A stretch of DNA of 63,667 bases, counting the filler, from Candidatus Woesearchaeota archaeon (lineage in GTDB: Archaea; Nanobdellota; Nanobdellia; Woesearchaeales; GCA-2685855), in NCBI GenBank assembly GCA_002685855.1. It is 5 parts of 5 records of this genome, joined end to end, with 100 filler letters (N's around TTAATTAATTAA, not from the genome) between each part and the next. Parts side by side here need not be neighbours in the genome. Positions count along the whole stretch, not along the records: positions 38,222 to 53,885 come from NYYS01000014.1; 4 more parts are not named here. One strand, given 5' to 3'. This document shows positions 38,880 to 49,571 of this stretch, piece after piece. The position numbers and the translations under genes are program-made. A model generated the notes under the pieces. It saw only the letters and a list, made by a program, of their open reading frames with translations, had not been told where the DNA came from and did not search any database. Every line of letters starts with the position of its first letter. The first letter of the stretch is position 1.

Positions 38880-39287
38880 TTATCCTGTTCGGTTAATAAG
38901 CCGGGCTGTCCCATTGAAGTTAAGAGTTCCATTACCCACAACATGGCTCGTACCCATGCCATGATAATTGACAATGTGTACCTTCTCCATCTCTCCTTCA
39001 ACAGTAACTTCACCACTTCCTGTTAACCGGTAAAAGTCATCATATTCATACAATCCAAAGCCTCGATACCAGAAATCTTGGTATGGTGCCTTATAGATAT
39101 CCACTGTTGACCAGTCATCTGCTACAAAATAGACGCTTCCTTCAGCATCTGTAATTGTTGCTTGTCCTTGGAACTTCACCCAATAATCACCACTATACTG
39201 GCGATCCACTATCTTTAATGCAGCAACCATACTCACTACCATGAGCGCTGCAAGACCCACAGTCATCAACTGTTTTCCATATTTCAT
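38880..39287 (-). CDS. Secreted Gly-rich beta protein (paralog 2 of 3)
   Basis: GAGGTG SD; signal peptide; GSGEVTVEG, GNGTLNFNGT. Confidence 0.8.
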   Translation of the reverse strand: MKYGKQLMTVGLAALMVVSMVAALKIVDRQYSGDYWVKFQGQATITDAEGSVYFVADDWSTVDIYKAPYQDFWYRGFGLYEYDDFYRLTGSGEVTVEGEMEKVHIVNYHGMGTSHVVGNGTLNFNGTARLINRTG

Positions 39288-39402
39288 TTCTGTACACCTC
39301 GTTAATTTATAGAAATAATAGAGGTGGAACAAGACTTAGAATTAACCCGGATAATCCGGAACAGAAACGGAACAGAACAAAAAAACAGAAAGAAAAAAAG
39401 AA

Positions 39403-39792
39403 TTATGATCTATACATAATCTCGCCAACACCATCAAAAGAAGCACTTCCCTCTCCTCTCAACCTGATCGAACCGCGTCCATTAAGTTCAAACTCCAGAA
39501 GCCTCCCCTCAACAAGAAGCTGGCCTTCACCAGAAAATCTATGACGTTCACCATCAAAAGAATGCTCAAATCCATCATTATAAAACCGAGTCCGAGGAGT
39601 ATCCAAAAAAGAGATCTCACCCTCTCCATCAAACTGAATGTCTCCTCTACCCTCAACCTGGAGACGCCCTTCACCATTTGCCCAAACCTTTCCTTCACCC
39701 TCCAGATTAAACTTTACAGCACTCACAAGAGTTGTAATGCTTAGAACTATCATCAAACCAACCAAAAACCTAAGGAATATCGTTTTTTTCAT
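39403..39792 (-). CDS. Secreted Gly-rich beta protein (paralog 1 of 3)
   Basis: Signal peptide; WANGEG, NDGF, GEGQLLVEG, GEGSASFDGVG. Confidence 0.8.
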   Translation of the reverse strand: MKKTIFLRFLVGLMIVLSITTLVSAVKFNLEGEGKVWANGEGRLQVEGRGDIQFDGEGEISFLDTPRTRFYNDGFEHSFDGERHRFSGEGQLLVEGRLLEFELNGRGSIRLRGEGSASFDGVGEIMYRS

Positions 39793-39890
39793 TACTGATC
39801 ACCAATAACAGGAATCTCTTCTATCTTAAAAATCTTTTGCATATCATAAGGGGATAACTTTTTATAGAGCTCACTCTTCTAGGCACCAAT

Positions 39891-40120
39891 GCGAGGGTCG
39901 CAAAGCCTGGTCAAATGCGCAGGAGACTCGCTCTGCGAAACTTAAGACCAGGGAGGCCCAGAGATCGGGCACCAATCCCTGATTGGATATCCTGTCCCTT
40001 AGTGGGTTCGTGGGTTCAAAGGAGGTCTTTCGAAGACCTCGGAGAAGAAGCTGGGAGGACATTCGCTCTGCTCAGTCCTCCGAACAATGAAAGATCTATC
40101 TGAAAGTCCCTCCCCTCGCA
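39891..40120 (+). tRNA. tRNA-Leu(UAA) with three introns (39924-39939 at 30/31; 39947-39988 at 37/38; 40021-40106 at 59/60)
   Basis: GCGAGGG/CCCTCGC-A acceptor, long variable arm, BHB-like junctions, TATA at 39860-39866. Confidence 0.88.
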
Positions 40121-40174
40121 TCTCTTTTTTATCTCATAAGAAAGTTTAATAAAGAATCTCTTCTTCAAATAAAC

Positions 40175-40624
40175 ATGGTCGTCCTGCAAGAGCTTGCATC
40201 ATCTATCACATCTTCAAACCTTTTAGCAACACTCTTCAAACAGCACCCTCTCCTCACAGTAATCACCCTCTTCATCCTCCTCGTCCTTGCTATAGGACTC
40301 ATAGGATTCATCTTTGATATCTTTTCCAATTTAGTAAAAATCCTTCTTGCATTTGCGATCGACATCCTCGACTTTCTCCTAATGATATTTCCTTTTCTAT
40401 TTGCAGAAAAAATCATTTTTATCCCCATCATTGCCTGTTTTCTCCTCTTTATTCTCTTCGGAGGAGATCTCTCATTAACAACCCGCATCATCTTTGGAAC
40501 CATCGCCGCAGCCGAAATATTTATTAGCATCGGCTTTCCCTTTTCAAACCCCTGGATTGGATTACTAACCGGAATCCTTCCATCAACAGCGATCCTCATG
40601 ACGATCGCTGCCATTATAGATTGA
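40175..40624 (+). CDS. Multi-pass membrane protein
   Basis: Strongly hydrophobic; TATA upstream. Confidence 0.75.
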   Translation: MVVLQELASSITSSNLLATLFKQHPLLTVITLFILLVLAIGLIGFIFDIFSNLVKILLAFAIDILDFLLMIFPFLFAEKIIFIPIIACFLLFILFGGDLSLTTRIIFGTIAAAEIFISIGFPFSNPWIGLLTGILPSTAILMTIAAIID

Positions 40625-40633
40625 GGTGAAAAA

Positions 40634-41032
40634 ATGAATATGCCAGAAAACATGGATGAATGTCTCTATTTTTCAAGAAGAGCAAACGAATTTGGACAAG
40701 CCACAGCATGGGTCGAAAAAGAAGAATGCCCCGAATGTCACAAAGCTAAAATGGGAAAACCTACTGACAAAGGCAAAGTAAAGATCCGTGCAAAAGAATA
40801 TGTCTGTCCTGCCTGCGGCCACGAAGAAGAAAAAACAACCTACGAACCAACCCTCACAGTAAACGTAAACTACACCTGCTCCTGTGGCCACAAAGGAGAA
40901 GCCCAAACCCCTTACAAACGAAAAAAATTCCAAGGAACAGATGCCTACCTCTTTGAATGCAGCTCCTGCAACCAAAAAATACCCATCACAAAGAAGATGG
41001 CAAACCTCAAGAAAAAGAAGAAAAAAGCCTAA
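40634..41032 (+). CDS. Zn-ribbon protein (four Cys pairs)
   Basis: CPEC, CPACG, CSCG, CSSC; GAGGTGA SD. Confidence 0.85.
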   Translation: MNMPENMDECLYFSRRANEFGQATAWVEKEECPECHKAKMGKPTDKGKVKIRAKEYVCPACGHEEEKTTYEPTLTVNVNYTCSCGHKGEAQTPYKRKKFQGTDAYLFECSSCNQKIPITKKMANLKKKKKKA

Positions 41033-41132
41033 TAACCTTCTTTTTTTATCAATATAGTAAACAATTACTGTTACTACCAAACAGTCACTAAATACCAAAA
41101 ACTTTATAAACCCCTCCTATAACCAAAGTGAG

Positions 41133-41753
41133 ATGGCACCAAATACACCACTTATCTTTGCAGACGAATCAGACAAAATACGCATCTATAGAACAGACAC
41201 TTCAGGCGCAATCAACCTCTCACTAGACATTCTAGGCCCAAGAAGCCTCATCCCCTCACTCCACTATTTCGAAACCCTTAGCCCAGAAGAACAAAGAGCA
41301 ATCGAATCAGTCCAGGTAAGAAAAGTAGACAGCATAGAAGAAACCCCTCATCAAGAATATGGAAAACTGATGAATCCAAATGTACAGCGGGACAGATACT
41401 CACCAGACTTTATCAACTTCGTCCTCCTCAATGCTGGAGCAAACCATTCTATTACAGATATACTCCCAGAATTTCTGAAATTTCTTCAAAAGGATGACGT
41501 GCCTTTACTAAGAAAACTCGCCATAAAAGATATGCCTCCCCAAGAAGCAGGAATAATCCAAACAGCCTACACAGCAATGGCCGAAAACGACCCTCGAAAC
41601 AAGAACTTCTACACATCACCAAGAACAATGGAAGAATCCCCTGCAGCACTCTACATCCACTCCGGCGGACTCTCAAAAGCCCTTAAAAAAAGATTCGGAC
41701 CCAACGGAAAGTTCACTCAAACAGACCTAGAATCCAGAATCATCGTTCCCTAA
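41133..41753 (+). CDS. Hypothetical protein
   Basis: TTTATAAA promoter; 206 aa. Confidence 0.75.
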   Translation: MAPNTPLIFADESDKIRIYRTDTSGAINLSLDILGPRSLIPSLHYFETLSPEEQRAIESVQVRKVDSIEETPHQEYGKLMNPNVQRDRYSPDFINFVLLNAGANHSITDILPEFLKFLQKDDVPLLRKLAIKDMPPQEAGIIQTAYTAMAENDPRNKNFYTSPRTMEESPAALYIHSGGLSKALKKRFGPNGKFTQTDLESRIIVP

Positions 41754-41888
41754 CAGAACAGATCCCCCCCATCATCCTTCAAAACACCTTTCTGCAACTA
41801 ACCCCCCAAATATCCTACACCTAACACTATTCCCTTCAGAATAATCCCCACAACAACTTATTTAAATAACCCTTAAGTCCATACTTCT

Positions 41889-43970
41889 ATGAAAAAAGTA
41901 ATCGTAACATCTGCATTACCCTACGTAAACAACGTTCCCCACCTCGGAACAATGGTCTGCGTAATCTCAGCCCACATCTACCAAGCTTATCTCAAACTCA
42001 AAGAGGTAGACGTCATCTCTGTTCTCGGCACAGACGAACACGGAACAACCGCAGAAACAAAAGCCCTTGAAGAAAACACAACACCAAAAGAGATCGTCGA
42101 CCGCTACTTCAAAATCCACAAAGAGATCTACGAATGGTTCGAATGCCACTACGACTGCTTCGGACGAGCATCCTCAAAAGAAAACTGGGAAATCAGCCAG
42201 GACATCTTCACAAAACTCGACCAGAACAACTTCATCATAGAAGACCAAATCCAACAAGCCTACTGTGAAAAAGACAAACTCTTCCTCGCAGACCGCTTTG
42301 TATACGGCATCTGCCCCAACTGTGAATTCGAAGACGCCAGAGGAGACCAATGCGACAACTGCGGACAACTCCTTAACACAAACGAACTTATCTCCCCCAA
42401 ATGCAAACTCTGCAAAAACACCCCCCAATTCAAAAAAACCAAACACCTTTTCATAGACCTTCCAAAACTTACACCCGACTTAGAAAAATGGATCAACAAA
42501 GTCAAACAAGACTGGACACCCAACGCCAGAACAACAACAGAAGCCTGGCTCAAAGAAGGACTAAAAAACAGATGCATCACCCGTGACCTAAAATGGGGAA
42601 TCAAAGTCCCCAGACCCGGCTTTGAAGACAAAGTATTCTACTCCTGGTTCGACGCACCCATCGCCTACATAGGAATAACAAAAGAATGCAAAGACAACTG
42701 GTACACCTACTGGAAAGACCCCAAAACAGAACTCGTACAATTCATGGGCAAAGACAACATCCCCTTCCACACAATTCTTTTTCCATCGTTCCTCATCGGA
42801 GCAAAAGACAACTACACACTCCTCGACAGAATATCAGTCAACGAATACCTCAACTACGAAAACCTCAAATTCTCAAAAAGCAGAGGCACAGGCGTCTTCG
42901 GAGACGACGCAATGAACTCAGGAATCCCTGCAATCTACTACCGCTTCTACATAGCAATCAACCGACCCGAAAAAGGAGACACAGAATTCACCTGGAAAGA
43001 CTTCCAGCAAAAAATTAACACAGAACTCGTAGACAACTTCGGCAACCTCATCAACCGAACATTAACTTTCATAAAAAACCAATACAACAACCAAGTTCCA
43101 GCATCAGACAACACCCTCAACTACAAAGACGACATAAAAGAGATCGAACAAGCATACGAAGAAGCAGAACTCAAAAAAGCCCTCAAACAAATACTCTCAC
43201 TATCAAGAAAAGGAAATCAATACTTCCAGGAAAAAGAACCCTGGAAAAGCAAAGAATCCCCCGAAGCACAAGCAGCACTCGGCAACCTTTTCATCCTCAT
43301 CAAAGACCTCTCCATACTCATCCAACCCTTCCTCCCATCAGTCACCAAACAAATAGAAGAACAAATAGGCGCCACGAATCTTAAATGGAAACACCTTCAA
43401 CAACCCCTTGAAAATCCCCAACTACAAAACATCAAACCCCTCTTCAAAAAACTCGAAGACAACCAAATAACAGAACTAAGAGAACGCTTCTCAGGAAAAC
43501 AAACAAAAAAAGGATTCAACCTATTAAACCTCAAAGTAGCAGAAATCCTCACTGTTAGAAATCATCCAAACGCAGAAAAACTCCTCCTCCTCGAAATAAA
43601 CGCAGGCGAACCCCGCCAACTCCTCGCAGGCCTCAAAGGATTCTACAAACCCGAAGAACTCATCAGAAAAAAAATCATCATCGTCTCCAACCTCGAACCA
43701 AAAAAACTCCGCGGCGAACTCAGCCAGGGCATGCTCCTCGCAGCAGAACAAAATAAAGACATCGGAGTCCTCTTTGTAGAAAACGCAGAACCCGGAACCC
43801 CGGTAACAATAGAAGGAGCAACACCCAACCCCAACCAGATCACCTTCGAAGAATTCCTCTCAGTAGACCTTCAGGCAAAAGACAACGCAGCCTTCTTCAA
43901 CAACAACCAACTCAAAGCAGGAGACGAACCCGTACAAGTAGATAAAAACCTCAAAGGAAAGATACGATAA
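41889..43970 (+). CDS. metG: Methionyl-tRNA synthetase with C-terminal tRNA-binding domain
   Basis: ALPYVNNVPHLG, GTDEHGT, Zn knuckles, KFSKS, SQGMLLAA. Confidence 0.97.
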   Translation: MKKVIVTSALPYVNNVPHLGTMVCVISAHIYQAYLKLKEVDVISVLGTDEHGTTAETKALEENTTPKEIVDRYFKIHKEIYEWFECHYDCFGRASSKENWEISQDIFTKLDQNNFIIEDQIQQAYCEKDKLFLADRFVYGICPNCEFEDARGDQCDNCGQLLNTNELISPKCKLCKNTPQFKKTKHLFIDLPKLTPDLEKWINKVKQDWTPNARTTTEAWLKEGLKNRCITRDLKWGIKVPRPGFEDKVFYSWFDAPIAYIGITKECKDNWYTYWKDPKTELVQFMGKDNIPFHTILFPSFLIGAKDNYTLLDRISVNEYLNYENLKFSKSRGTGVFGDDAMNSGIPAIYYRFYIAINRPEKGDTEFTWKDFQQKINTELVDNFGNLINRTLTFIKNQYNNQVPASDNTLNYKDDIKEIEQAYEEAELKKALKQILSLSRKGNQYFQEKEPWKSKESPEAQAALGNLFILIKDLSILIQPFLPSVTKQIEEQIGATNLKWKHLQQPLENPQLQNIKPLFKKLEDNQITELRERFSGKQTKKGFNLLNLKVAEILTVRNHPNAEKLLLLEINAGEPRQLLAGLKGFYKPEELIRKKIIIVSNLEPKKLRGELSQGMLLAAEQNKDIGVLFVENAEPGTPVTIEGATPNPNQITFEEFLSVDLQAKDNAAFFNNNQLKAGDEPVQVDKNLKGKIR

Positions 43971-44084
43971 ACAACACCACACCTCCTTTACAACAGCTCC
44001 CTTCTACAAATCCACATACATCTACTAACCCATATTTATAAAATCAACAGAAAAGTTTATATCATCTATCCCCTCCCAACCCCT

Positions 44085-45026
44085 ATGTACCCCCCTCTTA
44101 CAGCCCAAAAACCCGACTCAGCTTTTAAAATTAGAAACCAAACAGCACTCCAAGAGATGCAGCAGGCAATAACTGATGCAGGAATTCTCAGAACAGGATA
44201 CCAACAGCAATTCCACCCTCACAGCAATCCTGACTTTATCAATTTAGGATATATACCCGTATCAGAACACGGTCGTACAAGTAGAAATCTTACCCCCAAT
44301 TCAGATACAGAAGATCTCACAATAGCAGTTGAAGAAGCAACCCACCCACTCTATGCACACACAGATATTTCCAGAGGAACAGGTTCTCATAGATTTATCG
44401 CACACATTCAGGGAGAACCCCTCACACAACCACCACAAGAACAATCAAACCAACCAAACCAAAAAAAGAAGAACCTCATGCTTCGCTATGATCCTGAACA
44501 AAACCTGTTCATTGAATCCTTCTACCATTTTGAAAAAGAGGAATTTATCCCCTTCCCAACCCCCCACCAATTCAAACCCTCAGAGCTACTCATTGAAAGC
44601 TCCTTTCAAGTATATAAACCTAAAAGCAGGGTTGAAGCACGTTTTACAGAGCCTGTTGCACCCGTCAGAGGTCTCAGAAGAATTATTGGCTGCCCTGCCA
44701 GATCTATGAAATTTACAATGTTTATACCAAACAAGAACCATTCAGGTCCGGCCTATGCCATACGAAAAAATGGTGCCATAAACGAACTTCCTGTTCCTGA
44801 TCGCGTAAAATACACTCTTACAAAAAGCCAGAAACCAAACGGGTATTCAATTTTCGAATCCACCGAAATCACTCAAATGGTGAATCGCCTTCTTATGGTC
44901 TCCGAACTTGAAAAAAAACTAAAAGAAAACCAACAATCAGCAATCATCTCTGCCCCGCATGGCGATACCCTAACCATGATGATGGCCTACCTTCCTGTAT
45001 CCTTCCTGCCACAAGAAGGGAGATAA
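44085..45026 (+). CDS. Hypothetical protein
   Basis: 313-aa ORF; TATA then leaderless ATG. Confidence 0.75.
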   Translation: MYPPLTAQKPDSAFKIRNQTALQEMQQAITDAGILRTGYQQQFHPHSNPDFINLGYIPVSEHGRTSRNLTPNSDTEDLTIAVEEATHPLYAHTDISRGTGSHRFIAHIQGEPLTQPPQEQSNQPNQKKKNLMLRYDPEQNLFIESFYHFEKEEFIPFPTPHQFKPSELLIESSFQVYKPKSRVEARFTEPVAPVRGLRRIIGCPARSMKFTMFIPNKNHSGPAYAIRKNGAINELPVPDRVKYTLTKSQKPNGYSIFESTEITQMVNRLLMVSELEKKLKENQQSAIISAPHGDTLTMMMAYLPVSFLPQEGR

Positions 45027-45089
45027 TTCTCGACAAAAACCACAACCTTTTTAAACTCCTGTCCAGAAAAAACCCTGGGTACATAAACA

Positions 45090-48000
45090 ATGGGGAGTGT
45101 AAGGATAAATCTAAGTGTGTGGATACTGTTAATTCTACTTCTCTGCACTACAACATCCGCCCTCACCCTCAACTCAATAAGCGGAAGACACAGTATCAAC
45201 GGCTTTCGAGCCGCTAACGACTCCATCTCATTCAACGTCACCTCAGCCTATCCAACAGTAAAATACGAAACAAACGAATTCGACTGCTCATCAGGCTACT
45301 GCCTTCTCCAACTCCCCATCGACGAAAAAGACGGCGGAATAGCAACCTACACAATCAACGAAATAGACGCAGGGTCAATTGTGGGAACTCTTGACGCAGG
45401 AATCATCGTAGATGAATCAGCAAAATCCATCTCATTCGACGAAGAAGTAATCCTGGGCAACCTCTCAATAACCTACACTGCAGCTGACGATGCCTATCCA
45501 GGAAGCAACAAATGCTCTGGCATCAACAAAGTAGAACTCTACATCGACGACCGCCTCCACCTCACCGACACTACAAACACAACCCCAAACACCTGTTCAC
45601 TCACAAACACGATCAACATCCAGGAATCCGGAAGCGTAACCATCAAATTCCTCATGTACGACAACGTCGACAACGTTGTTGCATCAGAACAAAAAACAAT
45701 CTTTGTCGACCTCACACCCCCCCAGCTCAACACGCATAAATTCACAAAACAAGGAGTAGAACTCGGAAAAATATCATATACAAATGAAATCAAAGACGTC
45801 TACTTTGAATTCGACCTCTATGAAGACTCAACCCCCACAGTCTGGGGAGACTTCTCAGCACTTAATGAAAACCCCATCCTAAAAAACGCATACAAACACG
45901 TTCCAGCAATCTGCTCCCTAAAACAAAACTCAACAACAGAATGGAACTGTAAAGCAGGCCCCTTCAACATCCTCCTTCTCAACGATTCAGTAACCCTTTT
46001 CCTCAACCTCCAGGACTCAATCCCTAACGAACAAACAATAAACCTCACCCACACATTCGATCTCGACACATCAATCCCACAGGTAACCGGGCTTGGAACA
46101 GACAAATGCCTTACAGAACCAAAAAAATGCTTCATCTCACCCACCCCCACAACAGCAATCATCGATCTCGATGACAGCGAAGGAAACTTCGAAACAAAAG
46201 ATATCTACTTCACCATTAACAGCTTCACCTATCGTGCAGAAAACTGTACTCGAAGCAGATGCACTGCCACCATCACTAATCTGGAATGCAATCACGGCCA
46301 AACAGTCCAGCTCACAGCCAGTGGAAGAGATGATTCCGGAAACCAGATTACAGGAGAGCTTTCAACAGCACTCACCTGCGACCAAAAAGCCCCAGGAACA
46401 ACAGACAAAGGCATCAACATCACCTTTGAAAGCGGAGGAGAATACGGACTGGTCTATTCAGGTTCCACACTAACTATTCACGCACTCCTTGAAGAGATCC
46501 ACGGAAAAGTAAACGCCTCCGCCAACCTCACCCAACTCAACAACAACCAGATTGTAGAAGCCACCTGCGAAAAAACAGAAAACTATCTTGTAGACTGTGC
46601 ATTTACCATAAGCAGCGTCGAAGACGGCCCCTATGTAGCCCGTCCAACACTTCACTTCCAGGACACAGCAGGAAACATCCTTTCAAAAGAGATCGAAGTC
46701 CCTGTCCTTGAACTCGCATCAGACAACCAAACCCCTAACCTCTTCACATCAAGCTTTATCGAACTAACCCCCCCCACTATAAACAGAATAGCCCTCCAAC
46801 TCGCCATCGACAACTCCCAACTCAAATCATCCGGAATCCACTATCCTGTTTATGGGAAGTATCGCATCAGCAAACGATCAGGTAACAACCCAAAAATCCT
46901 TTTCTCAAAAGTAGAAGACTGCAGCTACATCTATGAAAACGAACAACTCCCAGGTACAAGCCTCTTCTCAGAAGTAAAAATTGCCAATCCCGAACTCAAC
47001 TGGAATGAAGGAGACAACAGACTCGACTTCTATTTCGGAAGCGCAAACACCAACCAGCTCGACCAAGAATTCGACGTCCTCTGCAATATCTCCCTTGTTG
47101 TTCAGGAAGGAGAAAAATTCTATTCAGCACCCGAAATTGAAAAGATCAGAATCCCCTTCGAACTTCGAAACAGCAGACTTGGCGAACCCGGCCAGGCCTT
47201 TGTGGATAAAATAAAAGAACAGGAAGACAACTTCTGGGTAGACAATCCCCTATTAGACAACGCAAACAAGGTCCTATCCACCCTCTCATCCATATGTAAC
47301 ATCAAAAACTACCTCGACACCGGCGAAACAATCGGTGCAACCCTTAAAGTTGCTGCAAAAGGAATATCCGAAATCCCTGCCCCAGGCGCACAAGAAGCAG
47401 CAGAAGGTGTCAACGTCCCTGCTGAAGTCTCAACACAGGCATCAGCAGGCGCAATTGCAAAAGGCTGGTACGACGACATAAGTGGAATCCTCACAAAAGT
47501 ATGCCAATACGCAACCTGCTCAACTGCAGATGCATCTACAAACAGCTGGATCCCCTCCGGAGACAGCATGGGTGCTGGCTTTCTCAACAACATGGGCCAA
47601 GGATCTGAAACATATGGCTGGCTCTCCGATCCTATCTTTGAAGACATCGACACTCCAGACCCAGGAAACAGTATATATATTGCTGCTGCAACAAAGTGCC
47701 TCCCCGCAGTTATCTGGAACCTTCAAAAATATAGACAGATCGAATGCGGCTACCTCGACTGTCTCAAAGACCAAAGCATGCAGGCCCACTCAACCCTTCC
47801 CTGCGACGAAGCCAAAAGCGCAAAGATCTGCAAAACTGTCACAGGCGAAGTATTCGAGATATTTCCCTACACCCGACTAGCAGGAAACATCGCTGACAAC
47901 GTCAAAGTCTCTGCACAAACACTCGTTCCCACCTTTCTTACAAGCTATGTCATGAGTGAAAACGGTCCCTGCCATGAATTCTCCAAACCAAAAGTAGACT

Positions 48001-49571
48001 ACAAAACAATCGAAGAATCCTCCTGGAAAAAGATCACTCTCTGCTACGTCTCAAAAGCAATCGCAGACACCATCGACTCAAAAAAGAGAACAAAACGTGC
48101 ACAAAGCTTTGTCTACCCTATTGTTGACGACTTCTGTCCAATGGCATTATGCAACAGCGAAGAATGTGGAAGAGAAAACCCTAACCTCCTCGGCTTCGAA
48201 CTCCCCGACATGAGCACTCTTCCTGTAGACATCGACATCGAAACCTTCAAAACAACAGAAGAAGCAGAGAAAAACTTCAAGGTTCTTGAGGATTATTATG
48301 CCATACGTACACAGCAAATCCCTGAGATGGGAGAAGACTATAGAGAAAAATTTTATGTACCTGATAATGAGGTGTATATCAGAGGAATCTCTATTGGAGA
48401 TGGATCTATTGAAGGCGTGGATAATCCTGAAGAAATTGCACAAGCAAGAGACAACCTTATAACCCTTGGATATACAGAAGAGGAACTTCAATCACAAAAT
48501 ATTCTGGACACCCACCAAGCATTAGGACAAGCAACCCAGACTCCTGAAGGAGAACCCGACCCAACAAGAGTCGCTCCCAACCTCGACATCGAAAACCAAG
48601 AACAATTTGAATATTCTGCAAGAGCAGCAACCAATATTCAGGAGATGAACAATATTCTTGCAGAATATCAAACTCCGGGAGGACAGGCTCGTGCAAGAAG
48701 TACACAGTTCGGCCCGCAATACCAAAGAGATATGCAACGTGTAAAAGATATTGCAGCAGAAAACAACATTCAAATCCCTGACGACTTCGACCTACTAATG
48801 GGAGAAGGTGAAGAAGCAGTACAAACATTCAACAACAACCTTGCAACAATAAATACTAACACAGAGGAAGACCTCGAACTCAGAGAACAACAACTAAGAA
48901 CCTACCAAAAGGTAAAACGATCAGAAGCAATAGGCCAAGGACTCTCAAAGTTAGCATTGTTCGCCGACTCACAAGGCTGGTTAGACATCATGTACCTCGA
49001 AGGTTGGGGGAACTGGGGAGAAAAAACAAGCCAGTGGTTTGATAAATACCTCAACACAGACACCTGGCAACAAGACCTTTGCAACAGACACTTTGTCACA
49101 GACTTCGACAAAGGGGGAGGAGTTTACATCACAGACGAACAAGGATTCTACGACCTCGTCCTCACAATGGCATCTGAAAAAATAACAATAAACCAAACAA
49201 CAACCCTCTACACCGTCACATACGATGTAGGAGGAGTCTCACAAGACGCCCAATACAATCTCATCTTCAAACCAGGAAACAAAAAAGCCTGGGATGTTGA
49301 TTGGATAGACCTTCCTGCCGGAACACGTCAACCTCTACAAAACAGCTTTGCTTCACCAAACGATTACAATCAAATCTGTCTCAAATTCAAGGAGGACTTT
49401 CCTCCAGGCATTGAAGGAAGAGGAAAAGAGTTTTGCAGGCCCATCCTGGATATGGACCAGGGACAAACAGCATTCAATACCGGTCGACCCGTTCCTCCTG
49501 AAACAGTAGATAGACTCAACATTCCCGGAGGAGAAGGAGACCAAGGCCCGGGCTGGAGTGGTGACATCTAA
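45090..49571 (+). CDS. Large secreted Cys-rich protein with Ig-like repeats (1493 aa)
   Basis: Signal peptide; D-x-x-x-N and VDLTPP/LDTSIP Ig-like boundaries; helical C-terminal half. Confidence 0.85.
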   Translation: MGSVRINLSVWILLILLLCTTTSALTLNSISGRHSINGFRAANDSISFNVTSAYPTVKYETNEFDCSSGYCLLQLPIDEKDGGIATYTINEIDAGSIVGTLDAGIIVDESAKSISFDEEVILGNLSITYTAADDAYPGSNKCSGINKVELYIDDRLHLTDTTNTTPNTCSLTNTINIQESGSVTIKFLMYDNVDNVVASEQKTIFVDLTPPQLNTHKFTKQGVELGKISYTNEIKDVYFEFDLYEDSTPTVWGDFSALNENPILKNAYKHVPAICSLKQNSTTEWNCKAGPFNILLLNDSVTLFLNLQDSIPNEQTINLTHTFDLDTSIPQVTGLGTDKCLTEPKKCFISPTPTTAIIDLDDSEGNFETKDIYFTINSFTYRAENCTRSRCTATITNLECNHGQTVQLTASGRDDSGNQITGELSTALTCDQKAPGTTDKGINITFESGGEYGLVYSGSTLTIHALLEEIHGKVNASANLTQLNNNQIVEATCEKTENYLVDCAFTISSVEDGPYVARPTLHFQDTAGNILSKEIEVPVLELASDNQTPNLFTSSFIELTPPTINRIALQLAIDNSQLKSSGIHYPVYGKYRISKRSGNNPKILFSKVEDCSYIYENEQLPGTSLFSEVKIANPELNWNEGDNRLDFYFGSANTNQLDQEFDVLCNISLVVQEGEKFYSAPEIEKIRIPFELRNSRLGEPGQAFVDKIKEQEDNFWVDNPLLDNANKVLSTLSSICNIKNYLDTGETIGATLKVAAKGISEIPAPGAQEAAEGVNVPAEVSTQASAGAIAKGWYDDISGILTKVCQYATCSTADASTNSWIPSGDSMGAGFLNNMGQGSETYGWLSDPIFEDIDTPDPGNSIYIAAATKCLPAVIWNLQKYRQIECGYLDCLKDQSMQAHSTLPCDEAKSAKICKTVTGEVFEIFPYTRLAGNIADNVKVSAQTLVPTFLTSYVMSENGPCHEFSKPKVDYKTIEESSWKKITLCYVSKAIADTIDSKKRTKRAQSFVYPIVDDFCPMALCNSEECGRENPNLLGFELPDMSTLPVDIDIETFKTTEEAEKNFKVLEDYYAIRTQQIPEMGEDYREKFYVPDNEVYIRGISIGDGSIEGVDNPEEIAQARDNLITLGYTEEELQSQNILDTHQALGQATQTPEGEPDPTRVAPNLDIENQEQFEYSARAATNIQEMNNILAEYQTPGGQARARSTQFGPQYQRDMQRVKDIAAENNIQIPDDFDLLMGEGEEAVQTFNNNLATINTNTEEDLELREQQLRTYQKVKRSEAIGQGLSKLALFADSQGWLDIMYLEGWGNWGEKTSQWFDKYLNTDTWQQDLCNRHFVTDFDKGGGVYITDEQGFYDLVLTMASEKITINQTTTLYTVTYDVGGVSQDAQYNLIFKPGNKKAWDVDWIDLPAGTRQPLQNSFASPNDYNQICLKFKEDFPPGIEGRGKEFCRPILDMDQGQTAFNTGRPVPPETVDRLNIPGGEGDQGPGWSGDI

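Noticed and set aside
39871..40103. Two ~62-aa ORFs
   Set aside because: They overlap the intron-containing tRNA-Leu
40021..40106. Box C/D guide RNA inside the long intron
   Set aside because: CUGA is present but there is no convincing RUGAUGA box C
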